Position numbers and translations under genes: made by a program. A stretch of DNA of 64,000 bases from Utricularia gibba (taxonomy: Eukaryota; Plantae; Magnoliophyta): NCBI GenBank assembly GCA_002189035.1, contig NEEC01000017.1:2480001-2544000 (forward strand), read 5' to 3'. The notes under the pieces were generated by a model. It made no database searches. It was not told the origin of the DNA and saw nothing but the letters and a program-made list of their open reading frames with translations. Shown in pieces: positions 51,421-64,000 of this stretch (the first letter of the stretch is position 1; each line of letters begins with the position of its first letter).

Positions 51421-54400
51421 TCAAGGAATCTGGAACCTGAGGTTGGTCTGGCCGCCGGAGGGGGGGTACACGTACACTGTCAGCAGCGAAATGACGATGC
51501 AGATAAGGCCGGACCACAGGTACACCACCGTCGGAATCTTACCCTTTCTTCCCATCAGCCCCTTCGCGAACGGATATAAATGGGATAGAACCCAGAAACT
51601 GAAGAATACCCCACCCAGAAGCTTGCTCCACTCCGGGAACGGACTGTAAACAGTCCGCGAAGTAGCAACCCCGATCGCCAGCACGTTGAACATGATGATG
51701 CTGATCGGCGGAATCATCAACGTCGTCCACCGGAACTCGTACAGTTCTGCGAACTCCTCTTCCCCATCCTCCGCCCCTGAGGATTTTGACGTCAGGGTGA
51801 ATGAGATGTCGATTCCGGCGATCACTTTCAGGAGGCCTTGGATGACCGCCGCCGGATGTGCGCTGGTTCCACCGATGAGCCAGAACTGCTCGTTCCGCCA
51901 CCAGTCGTGGAGGGTGATGCCTGACCACCGGATTTCCAGTACGGCGAGGAGACACAGGCTGAGGGTAATGGCAAGAAGGAAGATCAAGAAGGTTACATCT
52001 AATGACTGTACGATGAACTGACCCGAGAAGAGCGACAGCGCCGGAAGAACGCAGTAAACCAGGAGGAATATTGAGGTGAAAGGGTAGATTCCGACATTGA
52101 AATACGCCACCCTCTGAAGGAACTTCATTCTGGGGCAAGCGAAAAGGGCGTTGTTTCGAGAGAAGAATATCTCCACGGAGCCTGTTGCCCACCGCAGGAC
52201 CTGATTCAACCTGTCCGTCAGATTAATCGGTGCCGTGCCTCGGAATGCATCTCTCTTTGTGACACAGTACACCGACCGCCACCCACGGTTGTGCATCCTG
52301 TATCCTGTGACCACATCCTCTGTAACCGATCCGTAAATCCAGCCGACCCTTTTCCCCCACTCTGTCCTCTCTTCGTAGAAACATGTAATCACACTAACAG
52401 CTTCTGCCAGTGCCGCCCCATCCAACGGCTCACGCTGCACTGCGAGGGATCCTGCTGGCCGGCCGAGACACCCTTTTCCTCTAAGGTCATGAAGCAACCT
52501 ACCACCAAACTCAGCTACAGCAATGGAGTCTACCAAGGACGTCGAGTTCCCAAACTGTTTAGAGAATGCGGCTCTCGCAGCATCGTCGTTCTCGTAGACA
52601 TTTCCGTTGATGGGCAGAAGCATTTCTTCATCATCCTCATCTTTCCTCTCCTCATCTTTGGCCTTCTTCCTCAAAAGCAGCTTTCTGATCTTCCGTCTTC
52701 CAAACCATCCATGGTGCTCCGTTGTTCGCGGTGGGCTAAACCCGTAAAGCGCAATCCTACGAAAGATGCAGCCTGTCCCGACGTACATTGGCCCCTGCAG
52801 TCCATCAAGGGCCCTCATGCTTACATCAAAGAAGACAGTGTTATGATTTGCATATCGATCGTTGGTGTCGATTCCCTCGAATCTCTGAGGGAATTGGACG
52901 AAGCATATCTTGTCACCTCCCCTGTCAAGCATGAAGCACATCCCCTCCCGCAGCGCCAAAGAGTTGTGCACGTAGTGATCACAGTCGAGATTGAGAATAA
53001 ACGCACCGTTGGACATTATGGCGCTCGCACGAACCAGAGCATTCATCGCCCCTGCTTTCTTGTTGTGGTCGAAACCAGACCGTTTCTCCCTGGACACGTA
53101 AACCAGCATCGGAAGTCTAATATCAACTTCAGTTGTGTCCACCAAGTTCTTGTCATCAGCTTCAGTGCCGAATTGTGGTTCAGGGCTTGCTGGGACTAAC
53201 ATTATCTTCAACAACAGATAGATGTCTTCGTGTCAATATTCATTTCAAAGAAGATTAAAAAAGAAACTGAGTTCCAAGTATCTCGGAGAAAAGGGAACCT
53301 GTATGATGCCCTCGTGATCGCCTCGTGAGTGGTGTTCCTCTGAAGAAGCCCAGGTTCCATGCCAATGGCTTCCATCAGACATCCAAGTGGCCCTCGGAAC
53401 ATTTATGGGTTCAAAAGAATTATTGCCCTGTTCAAGTTGCTTCTTTTTCGCCTTAATCTCTTCCTGTGCGTTGAATGCATCGGATCTCCGTCTTATTGAA
53501 TCCGGCAAAGCGTTGATTCTCACCTTAAATTCGTCGTACTCCCGTTTCACTCGTCTCCTTTCCCTGACGAAGTCAAGCCTCAATTTGTTCTTCAGAGGAT
53601 CGCGCTTCTGCGAGAAGTAGGCCTCGGGATTCCTTGGTTCAATCTTGTGTTTCCTGCAGAATGGAACCCAGGTTCTCGCGAAGCTTGCAGCTTCGGCTAA
53701 AGCCTCAAACGTTACTAGAGAACCTCCGTCATCAGAAAGGTAACAAGCAACCTTTTCAACAGGGTAATCTACTGCCAGAATCGAAAGGATCGTGTTTGCA
53801 GTAACCAATGGAGGCTCCTTTTCCGGATCTGCTGTGGAGACGAATATGTCGATCCCTGGGAGGTCGGACAGCTTCTTGGGGTTACGGAGATTCGGCTCTG
53901 GATACTCGAATCGCTGTCCCAGGACAGTCAAGTCTGTCACTCTCTTGACAGGGCAGATCTTGGGAAGCTGATCGAGAAGCCATGAAAATGCGAACCATAT
54001 CTCACAGATGACTGACATTAACCAAAGCCATTTGGCTTCTCGGTTAGGATGCCTAATTCTCCACGCCAAGAAGCAGCCGAGAACAGCAAGACGAATGACC
54101 ATCAGCAATCTGCAGTCGAAGAAACAAATATCACCATGATATGAAAGGTCAAAGCTAGAAATCGAACAAGTAATAGTTGAGTTACCTGTACGGACTGATT
54201 ATTGCAGCTGAGATCCCAACTTTTCTTGTCAGGGGCTTGTTCCTCCGATCGCTGAAATCAGGGGGGTTATCATAGAACTCAGCCTCTCTGGGCCAGAGTG
54301 CATTCCCATAACCATAAGTCCCTCTCGTCTCAAATAGCCACCTTGTGTGATCAAAATCATGGTTTGGGTTCTTGAAGGATTGCATCAGAGAGAAGTTCTT

Positions 54401-55087
54401 CTCTAGTTTAACCCCCCTTCCCCAAGAAGGCAGAGGATTCGCCTTATCCTTCTCCTCCGATCTCGGACAATCGACATCACCGTAGTCTTCCTTGTACATG
54501 TCCTTGCAACCGGGACAGCGGCCGCCACCATTGGTAACACAGTCATAGTAACAATCATCACAGAGCCTAAAGCCACAGTCGCAATGGCTCTTGAACTTAC
54601 CATCTACCGCCTTCTCATCGCAGCCCTCCATCCAACACACGGTTTTGGATTTCTTCCCCATCCTGTTTTCCTCGTCATCCGCGTTCTTGATGGAATGGGC
54701 TTTGGTTGCAGAGTTGAGTCCGCCGGTGTAGATCGTGTCTTTGATGAAGCCCTCATTTGGGTACAGCAAAGCGGGGTTCTTTTCTCTGGAATCCAGAGGC
54801 AAGCTTCCTTGGGAATCCGAGAGGATCCTGTTATCTGGGGTCGCCGGAATTTGAACTGTGTAAGCCACGAACTCGTCGGAACTGTCTTTTGTGAAAGCGA
54901 GATACCGCCCTCCTCCTCCAACTCCGCCTGATGACTGCCTGCGTTTCTCAGCGGCGAGCGGCGAGTTAGACAGCGAGTAGCGAGGAACGGGGCTGGTTAT
55001 TCCTTTGCTCCGAGATCCGCCGGAAGAAGTGACGGTGATCGTCACTTGGGAAGACGACAGGGAGTCGTCGACTGCGGGTTTGACCAT
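51421..55087 (-). CDS. CSLD5: Cellulose synthase-like D5, 3 exons
   Basis: CSLD5-type N-terminus ([14 protein letters not shown]) and RING-like Cys cluster. Has [41 protein letters not shown] and QVLRW, plus C-terminal TM helices. Confidence 0.94.
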
Positions 55088-56157
55088 GTTGGTTTCCAGC
55101 AAGTGAAGCAGCACAACAACAGCGAGAATGAAATCTGAAACGAGCAAACAATCAGATTTGTGGGGGGCTGTATTTACAAACCGATTTGAAAATTTTTGAA
55201 ATCAGGTCAATGGGGAAGCATTTGAATCCGTCTTAAAGGCAAGAGTATTTTGAAGCCAACGGTCGAATGATTTGAAATCAACGGGCCCCGCAAGCAGGTT
55301 CCGACAAACAAAAAAAGGAGAAAGAAAGAAAAGGGGCGACCTGCCACTTTAACTTCCAACGGTCGAATCAGCCGAGGGCGGGCAATTCAGTTTCGAACCC
55401 TCCCAAGCGAAGGGAAAATGCACACAGGTTACTGGTGTACCCTGAACAAAAAAACTTGGGTTTGCATCGAACTGCGCCGGTGCCTCAATGTATGCAGACA
55501 TCATCAACCTCAATGCATGGGCGTTCCTCCACACGAGTTTCTGATTATTACAGTGGTGGTCAACCTGGAATTAGTTGATCGACAGCAAGTCCTGTATTAC
55601 CTGGGGTGGACTACTACTAACCATATGGAAGATGTCGACTCACAAAAAGTGACTCATGGGTGCCTAAGTAAAAGCAGCCGATTTCCGCCACGCACACAGA
55701 AAGATAACCAACCTGCAGTATTTCATCAACACCGCAGGATGAAAACTATCGAGTAAGAAAAATTTACCGCCATTGGCTCAAGAGCACCTAGAGAATGCCA
55801 ACTCCAGTTCTACTTTGACCTTTGTTGGAATAAGAATAATCACATGCAATAATAAACAGCACCGCCTGAATGCGCACCACCAACACAGAGAAATCTAAAG
55901 GAATTACAGATAGCATGAAGGGAGTACCGCTGATGAGGCAACAGAGAAATAAGAAAGTAAACAAGTAGAGCTGAAACAGTGGGTACCTACCTCAGCCTTT
56001 GCTCCACTAACTATATTGAGGCCCGGCCTCAAAAGAGCTGTGAGGGTAGAACACAAATTTTCTCATGACGAAAGTATTCCAGGTATCATACATCATGCAT
56101 GGTGTTTTGAAATAAATTCTACCTCTTTGGACATCAGATATGAATCTACAAAATCCG

Positions 56158-58059
56158 TTAAAGTGGGCGCCCTGGACTCCTTGATGACCTTTTATGACCA
56201 TGCCTGATAGGAGACCGGGACCTGCTTCTCTCTTGCTCACGAGATCTATCCCTGCCCCAGTCTCTTCCATTACTTGAATTGCTATTCTTCCTATCGGAAC
56301 CCCTTGGCCCATTTCTATTTCCTCTAGCACTCCTGTCTCGATATCTCTCATAATCACGCTCACGGTAGTGATCCCTCTCCCTTCCATAATCTCGATGGCG
56401 GTGTCTATTCATGCCATCTGGTTCAATTTCCTTGCGTTTATCCTCAGTCTCTTTCTCACGGAGCTTCCGACGTTCTTCAGCCTCATTCTCCCGTGCCAAT
56501 CTCTCTTGTTCTCTTAACTTATCTTTTTTCTCCTGAAAATTAGGTAAAAACCATATGCTAGTTACAAAAGAATAGCAATAACCACACAATAGCTTCTCAT
56601 TCACCACAGGAATCTGTCTCCCATAGAAAAATATTGGTTGTAATCACCTTATACTCTGCCAGAAAGTCACGGACCATGCCATAACCCATATGCTGTTTTC
56701 CCGTCACATGTGACTGAGTTCTCTCTGCAGCATCATTCGCTACTAAAAAGGAACCGCATATTTCACATAAAGCCATTTTTTTCTCCTGTGCAGCCATCAA
56801 TATTTTATCCTGGAGTGGTTGCTGAGTCAAGCTTGCCTTTTCTATATTGAGCAATTCGACCTAACATGGTGATCATAGATATTGATCAAACATTTCTAGT
56901 AGACATGAGAAAAACCATCTTCAAGGTAGTATGTATAGAAAAGACTCACCTTTCTCATCAGTGCCTCAGCTTCATCAACCTTCCCTGCTTCACCTAATGA
57001 CTCAACTTGTTCCAGCAGATTCTTTATCTTCTCTTCAAGTACAGCCAGCTGTTCTGCCTTTTCAGCTGAAAGAGGTGGAGGTGGAGGAACTTCGATGTCC
57101 TGTGCAAGTCTCTCACGGCCACGCCTAACTTTTCTATCTAAATCAGAGACCTGAAGCAATCACATTCAACACTTCAGAGCTCAAACCAAAGAGAGATCCA
57201 AATTAGAACAGTTGAAGGGTCTGATCATGCCAATCTCTCACAGAAGTGTGCTAATTCAGCCTCAAACTTGGGAACATGGGAGTCATGCCGGGGAGACTGC
57301 TCAAAACTACACCAAGGGAAATGACAAGAGATGTTAGTATGCAACTGTGAGCTATAAAATTAACAAACAGAGATTCAGAATAACAGGATAAACTTGAATA
57401 CTGGAAAATCAGAACAAATAAACTGCAAAATATACTTACCCAATCGAAGATTCATAATTTTCTGATAATAAAGTAACTTTGTACCAAGATGTGATTAAAA
57501 AAATGCGTTTGTTACCTCTCTTTTAGCTTCTGATCATGGATTTTTGGGCATACTCCTAATGCACCATAAAAAAACATCAGCAAAAAACTTTAAAGAAAGA
57601 AAAAAGAGAAAGAAACAATTAAAAGACCAGGCATCACCTAGATCACTCCGAGTGTTGACAAACAAATCGTGAGGGCAGAAGCGAACCATATAGCATCCAC
57701 AAACTTCCTTATCATCCCATCTAATTTCTCGGAACCCTCTTCTCTCTTCTTCAGTCAAATTGCGCGCTGAAAACAGCCGACAATCATTACAATTGGTTCA
57801 ACATAGATAATAACACCACCGACGCGCAGTAAAAGATTACAATTTATATACGGCTAGGAAAGGGAGAATGAGCGAAAGAAGCATTCGCACAGTGAGAGAT
57901 AGGGTGAAAGCAGTTTCGATTGAATAACATAGCGCCGGAGAGCGAAGAGCAGAAATACAACCCACCACCATCAACGAAAACACAGATAGGTTTTGAAAGG
58001 GCGGGAAGAAGCTAACCTGAGCCCATGAGCTCGTCAAGGAGAGCCCTCTGCGCATCCAT
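56158..58059 (-). CDS. LUC7RL: LUC7-related U1 snRNP splicing factor (At5g51410-like), 7 coding exons
   Basis: MDAQRALLDELMG|..WDDKEVCGCYMVRFCPHDLFVNTRSDLG|VCPKIHD..(ZnF1); LCEICGSFL..HVTGKQHMGY (ZnF2); RS/RD-rich tail. Confidence 0.94.
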
Positions 58060-58390
58060 GGGTATGAGTCGAGAGATGGAAATCGCCGGAAACAAGCAAA
58101 CCCTAATCTTTCTATCGGGGTGAGGGTCAAATTCCCACAAAAGGAATGAAAAGTGGGGTCCGTGCGTCCGTCCATGTAAATCCCCTTATTGACAGCATGA
58201 TATTATTGATCCTTTTTCTGTATTAATCTTTTTGGGCCTGCTTGTGAGGCTTAGTGGACGGAGCCTCTGGGCCCATTCCATGGTGGTTGAAACTGATGAT
58301 GCACAACTGCCTGCCACGTGGACAAGCAAGCGGTTGAATTCCCAAGAAACCAAAAGGGCCAGGGCCGGGGCCAGGGAATCACAAAACGAA

Positions 58391-59276
58391 ATGGCGACGT
58401 TGAAATCCCGTCTGCAGCACTCCATAACCCCGACCGCCCTCCGGGCGTATCTGGCCGAGTTCATCTCCACCTTCCTCTACGTCTTCGCCGCCGTCGGCGC
58501 CGCCATGTCTTCTCGTAAGTAGTGTGCGGGTGCGTGTGTGGCATATCCGAGGAGCGAAATGAGCAAGGATGACGACGAATGTTTGCAGGGAAGCTTTCTT
58601 CGGGCGTGGCCTCCGAGGTATCCGGTCTGACCGCCATGTCACTGGCCAGCGCCTTCGCGCTCTCCGTGGCGGTGTTCATCGCTGTCAACATCTCCGGCGG
58701 GCACGTGAACCCCGCCGTCACGTTCGGCGTTGCCATCGGAGGACACCTGTCCTTCCCCATGGCCATTTTCTACTGGATCTCACAACTCCTGGGTTCCATT
58801 ATGGCCTGCATGCTACTCAAAACCGCCACCGTGGGAGCAGTAAGATTTGGTTTGGCTCACCAATTCCCTTCCCTCCCTCCGACATCGGATCGGAGCAGTA
58901 AGATTACTTAATTGTGCAGAGGATAGGTGTTCACGGGATCCCAAGCGAGATGACGGGGTTCGGGGCAGCGCTGCTGGAAGGCGTGATGACATTTGGGCTG
59001 GTGTACACCGTGTTGGCCTCGTCGGACCCAAGGAGAGGGGGCGGGCCCAGGAATGTGGGGATAGGCCCAGTTTCGGTGGGCCTGATCGCTGGGGCGAATG
59101 TTCTGGCGTCAGGCCCATTCACGGGAGGATCGATGAACCCGGCCTTTTCCTTCGGAGTGGCGGTTGCGGAAGGCAGTTTCGGGAATCAGGCGGTGTATTG
59201 GGTTGGGCCGCTGATCGGGGGCGGGGTTGCCGCCATCCTCTACGAAAACCTTATGGTCCCTGTTCCTGATGACTGA
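58391..59276 (+). CDS. TIP5;1: Tonoplast intrinsic protein TIP5;1-type aquaporin, 3 exons
   Basis: LRAYLAEFISTFLYVFAAVGAAMSS|RKL..SGGHVNPA..|..EMTGFGAALLEGV..SDPRRG..GGSMNPA..NQAVYWVGPL..VPVPDD*; diagnostic TIP5 blocks are present. Confidence 0.92.
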
Positions 59277-60012
59277 TTGATTAATCACTTTGGAAATTAG
59301 TAGTAGTAGTACTAGTCGTGAAGGCGTGTGCCAGGTGGCCTGACCCAACCCAACTGCATGTGTGTGACTGTGTGCGTGATGTTTCTAATCTATTCGGGTA
59401 CTTGGTTTTCTACGTGTAGTTTCGTTACTCCTGGGGAGGAACATAAGAAATGCGAACCAGGATCTCTTCAGTCCGCTGTCACTTCCTATACGCCGATTCT
59501 GGATTTTCGTCAATCACATTACACCTATCTGCCCACCTATTCATTTTGGAAATCAAGGCCCTTCAGTCACCAATAGGCGTGTTAAGGCCCCTCCGGGAGA
59601 GACGATTTCAACGCCTAAATATCTTTCCAGGGTGCATGGAGTGGCTGAGAAGAGCATTGGGTTTCCACCATTCCGGAAATTTACCCCACAATCGCAGCCT
59701 GCATCTCGCACCCAAAGCTATCCTGCCAGTGCCACCCGCAAGATCAAACAAGAGCCAAAAGAAAACACAGCAAGTTGAAGCTGCTACATCCAACTCCGCG
59801 AGTGCAAGCTGGGATCTTGAATCCAGGATGTGCTGATTTCGGGCAACGAACCGTCCCGCAGGAGGCTCTCTCTCACAGTCGGGGGTTCGACACTTGAGGG
59901 AAAAAAACATAAAAACTACCTTGCAAAAACATCATCCAATCGAACAAGTCAAAATTGAAGCCTTTATTGAAAGGCCGCTGTAGAACAAGCCAGCCAGTTG
60001 CGGGTTTATTCC

Positions 60013-63000
60013 TCACAGGTACTCCTTGAGACTTTCACCGCTAATGGCTTCCATTTCAAGTCTAACTTCTTGCGCGAGGGCCTTGACAGAGTCATCGGAG
60101 TCCTCCAGGAGCTCGCTGAGGAATGGTATAGTTTCGGCCAAGAATGCCATGTAACCATCCCGCAAGTTATCAACCATATACTTGACTATCCTCAGACCCA
60201 AGATGCGGGGACGCAGCTTTTCACTACGGGTCTGCATCAATACCTGCCATCAACAGAATGGATAAGATGACAAACATGAGGATGGATTTTATATCAAACC
60301 AATGGTGCACCCTAGTGCTTAAAGCTGATTCGTCCAGAAATGGTGCTAAAGCAAACTTGTGAAAAGTTGTAACACTCGGCGATTGACAAATTCCAGTCAC
60401 CTCGTGATTCAAAGGCTTCCACAGGAGATCTGAATCAGCAGTAACAGCCATCTGTCCTACACAAACAACCAATAGATCATCCACCTCCTTCAAGGACGGC
60501 ACATTGGGATGGTTTTCAATATCCTCAGGGGGATCCACAATAAGCTGTGAAACTATGGGTTTCATGAGAACCTGATAGATGGAACAACAATAAAAAAGGT
60601 TTGAAGCGCCACGAAAAAAAGAATATTTATTAAGATACTCATTGTGGAATGATGCATAACCTGAAAATTAGAGGAATCCAGAAACTTGGGGCTTCCAGTG
60701 TCATATAGAAAACAGTAGTGCAATGCCGTTAGAATCAAGGCCCTCAGACGCCAAGTTTGAAGGGACAGTGCAAAATCATTGTCACTCGAATTGTTTCTAG
60801 CCTTCTTCCTCTTCTTCTGAAATGGACCTGCCTTTGTATCATCACTGCCACCGAGACCTTTGATACATCCATCAAGCAACCACTTGAAGTATGGTACAAA
60901 GAGTGACCTGCTCAAATGAATACAATAACTGAATATCCAACAGTGATAGAAAAAAAAAATTCTGTAACCAGTCAAAGATTTCTAGAAAAAGACAAAAGCA
61001 TTGGCATTTGTTCTCAGTGAAGCATATAAAGAGTATGGCAAATCGAAGACATATAGAAAGTACACCCACCGATGACTTTCAACAAGTTTATTGACTAAGC
61101 TGAAGAAAGAGATGGCTCGATCATCAGGTTGGCCAGAGTCATCCATACTTGAGTTTGACCACTCCACAATCTTGATAAATAATGGCCTGAACATAGGCTC
61201 TGTGAGCTTCATTGTGAGGGCGACAAAAGCATCAAGTACTTTTTGTTCAACTACATCAATATTCTGAATCGCGGTGTGCTTTTGATGACGCAGATCCAGT
61301 GCAACAAGGCACAAATCAAAAACTTTAGCATGATATGCAGCAATTGAGGCTCTATCCATGGAGCTAACCAACTTTTCTAACATTATAAAAAGTGTTGAAA
61401 CACTTTTCTCCCCAACGTTGACAGCATCCATGTACATAGTCAACAAAGGTGGAAGCAGAATGCGCACCTAAACAAAAAAAACACACAAATCAAGAGACCG
61501 AGCACGAAAAAAAATGAGAGGCCAAAATGGAATATACTGCAGTAGTTCAGCAAGATAACCCACAGGAATCCTTCCAATGATGAGATCACGCAGAGCATCT
61601 GCTTTCAGCCTCAATTTGAGCTCTGACTGGGAAAACAAAAGAGGGTGCAATACGACTAGCCTTAGCATGTCCCCCATGTAAGGGTTTAGGAATCCTGAGA
61701 GCTTGTCAGTGACCGACATTAAGGTTTGGAGAATAGAAGTGAAAGCATGGTGCTCAGAGCTTGAAGCAGAATCAGTTGTGCTTTCTCTTGCAAGCTTCAT
61801 AGGTAACAAATATAGGCCAGACGATTTTTCAAGCAGGCTTTGCATAACATTTGGAAGTTCAGGCAATGCCCTTAGACCAAGGGCATTAACCAATGCACCA
61901 GTTGTTAATAAACAATGACTAGCAATCGCAGGATCTGATGAGCATATCCTTTTGGAAACACATCCAAGGCATATGCCGAAAACCCTATCTTGCATAGGAA
62001 ACCTGACAGCTAGAACTTCTAAGGCTGACAATGCTGTAATTTTAATGGAAATATTTGATACATCATCAGGGGCATCAAATATTTTCAAAGTCTCCAAGCA
62101 TAAGTTTTCCATCAATGCCAAAGAAGCCTCGCTGAGGTGCAGCAATGATTTTCTTACTCTTGGGACTGGTCCCTTCCTCTCAATTTTTTTGTTTACAGCC
62201 AGATCCTTCATATTCTCACAGAAAAGCTGGAGAGCCTGAACAACATTAGGAAATACTCAGAACAAGTGGCCTGGTTTGGGATAATAACTGCAACTTACAG
62301 TAACTGCAGTTCTTTGAATTATCGATATTAGAAGGCAATCATGCTTACCTTTTTCCTAACATCTCCTTTGTCATTGTGTAACAATTTTGTGATGACTTTA
62401 AGAAACAAAGAAATCGGGAGGCCCTTCATTAGAGTTCTTAGAACGCCACGAGTAAAAATTTTCAGTTCATTCCTGATGATATTGGGAACACCAACACTAT
62501 TGTTTGTTGACTCGATCATTTGCTGATGACAAACTATTTGTTCTATAACCTCGCCAACTGCACACTGAAATAAAACCAAGTTGCACCAAAGGCATTAAGA
62601 GGGCAACCATATACATTTCAAAAGCTCATCAAAACACTTCACACGTAGCCATCAAAATAGGGGAACCTTGAGTTATAACTTTTGAAAAAGATTTCCAGTA
62701 ATACCAACAGAGGAGCCACTATTTTCAAAAGATAGAAAAGATATGAACCACTGAGCAATAATGTATAAGCTAATGTATTTTTACAAAATATTCATTGCAT
62801 ACCTGTATGAAATTCACATCATCTTCTAATTCGAGCATATGAGAGATTTCAGGATCTTGGAGCTTGTCCTCAATAAACAGTACGATAGCAAGCAGTTGCA
62901 TATAACTTTCATCATTTGAAACGCAACCTTCAAATTTTTTTAGCAACACAGCGAGGGAAGGAAGCCAGATTGTGCATGAATAGCTACCACAAAGTTGCTG

Positions 63001-64000
63001 TGCGAATTCATACTCCCACTGCTTCTTGATATTTAGAGAAAGATCATCTATAGAATGATTACTCGAAAGATTACTGTCCAAGCTCAACTTGATCATAAAT
63101 TGGAAAAGAAGAAAAAGCAGCAAACCCAAGCTTTCATCCTCACCGAGTGTCCTACAACAGAGTTTCTCAAAATAAGATAAACATCAAACACCATGGTAAC
63201 ATACGTTCAAGTCTACCTCACAATGTGAGCAACAATGGGAACCCTCCTGTGTTGTGCAATTTTAGGTAACATGGTAACAAAAATCTGAGAGAAAAAATAA
63301 GCGTGAGGCAAAAATCCTAAGCTTTAAAAAAGAGGCTCTTCAGCAGTACAAGGCGTTTACAGTAACAAAAGATCTATCAGTGGTAACACCTGAAGCAAGT
63401 GGCCCATATCATTTGTCTTCGATAACCAGCAAGGAATGATGGCTGATATTAGACCTTCCAAAACTTGTTGTGAATAGCTATCCCACTATAAAAAGGAGAA
63501 ATGGCAATTCATTATGATGGGGTCATTTTAAGTAGGCGAAAATATCATCAGGAGTTCTGTAGGGAAATGACATCTCAAGCACTCATAGAGGTTAACAACA
63601 TAGCCTAACCTGAGATGTAGATTCACCAACAGCGTCAAGGATATCTAACTTATGGTGCAAAACTACATCAGGCATAATCCTTACAAGAGTAGTTATAAAA
63701 GAGAATATGCGGTTGCGGGTAACTGCATCAGTTGAGGTTCGGGCACAACTGATCACCAGTTGCAAGTCAAATTTCTTAAGGATACCCTATCATGAGAAAA
63801 TACGCTTACTTTAGAAAGGAAAACTCCAGCCAAGTTGGGAACATACAAAGAAAAAAAGTTATTCAACAGACAAACCTTTGGTGGAGTATCATTTCCAACA
63901 GATGCACATATGTTTTCCAACACCAAAAGTAGTGTCTTCTGAATAGAAATGGTAGTACTTGAAATGGCATGAGAAGAATCAGAACAGTGTGCATGCGTGC
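60013..64000 (-). CDS. UTP10: UTP10/HEATR1 U3 snoRNP-associated HEAT-repeat protein, 3' part; 5' part lies outside the window
   Basis: BP28CT region KLTEPMFRPLFIKIVEW; SLFVPYFKW; LWKPLNHE|VLMQTRSE; ends FLAETIPFLSELLEDSDDSVKALAQEVRLEMEAISGESLKEYL*. Confidence 0.94.

Noticed and set aside
52291-53199. 302-aa plus-strand ORF, and similar antisense ORFs over GATL, TIP5;1 and importin-alpha
   Set aside because: They lie opposite well-conserved CDSs in GC-rich sequence and carry no recognisable motifs.
59328-59910. Open frames between TIP5;1 and UTP10
   Set aside because: No recognisable homology; the position fits overlapping 3'UTRs.

Overview
Eukaryotic nuclear DNA from a flowering plant with a very compact genome. 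I find about 22 protein-coding genes in 64 kb, mostly 70-120 bp introns and no intact transposon. This is compatible with a Lentibulariaceae-type genome (Utricularia/Genlisea), but that is inference only. Genes in order: saccharopine-dehydrogenase-family protein (3' part), CCCH/RRM protein, organellar MetRS, GASA, SCL3, FIS1, ASY3, WDR6, GSK3/Shaggy kinase, tRNA-Phe, NFU1, glycine-rich wall protein, PPR, phosphotriesterase-like beta-propeller, bZIP53 with its SIRT uORF, DnaJ-TPR, importin-alpha, Pro-rich wall protein, GATL, CSLD5, LUC7RL, TIP5;1, UTP10 (3' part). I see no CRISPR or prokaryotic systems and no clearly new multi-gene system. The best signals missed by the ORF track are five. (1) A non-coding locus divergent from importin-alpha carries a box C/D snoRNA with a 15-nt guide to 25S rRNA, a second rRNA-antisense element and a long foldback. 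(2) A tRNA-Phe sits 80 nt behind the NFU1 stop codon. (3) LUC7RL has a GC-AG intron with an immediate stop and probable 3'UTR introns. (4) ASY3 has a U12-like intron. (5) TIP5;1 has an unusual selectivity filter. Five genes carry single-base indels, four of them in homopolymer runs and the glycine-rich gene in a low-complexity repeat; these are most likely assembly errors. Gene identities and rRNA/tRNA comparisons come from manual translation and recalled reference sequences; no searches were run.
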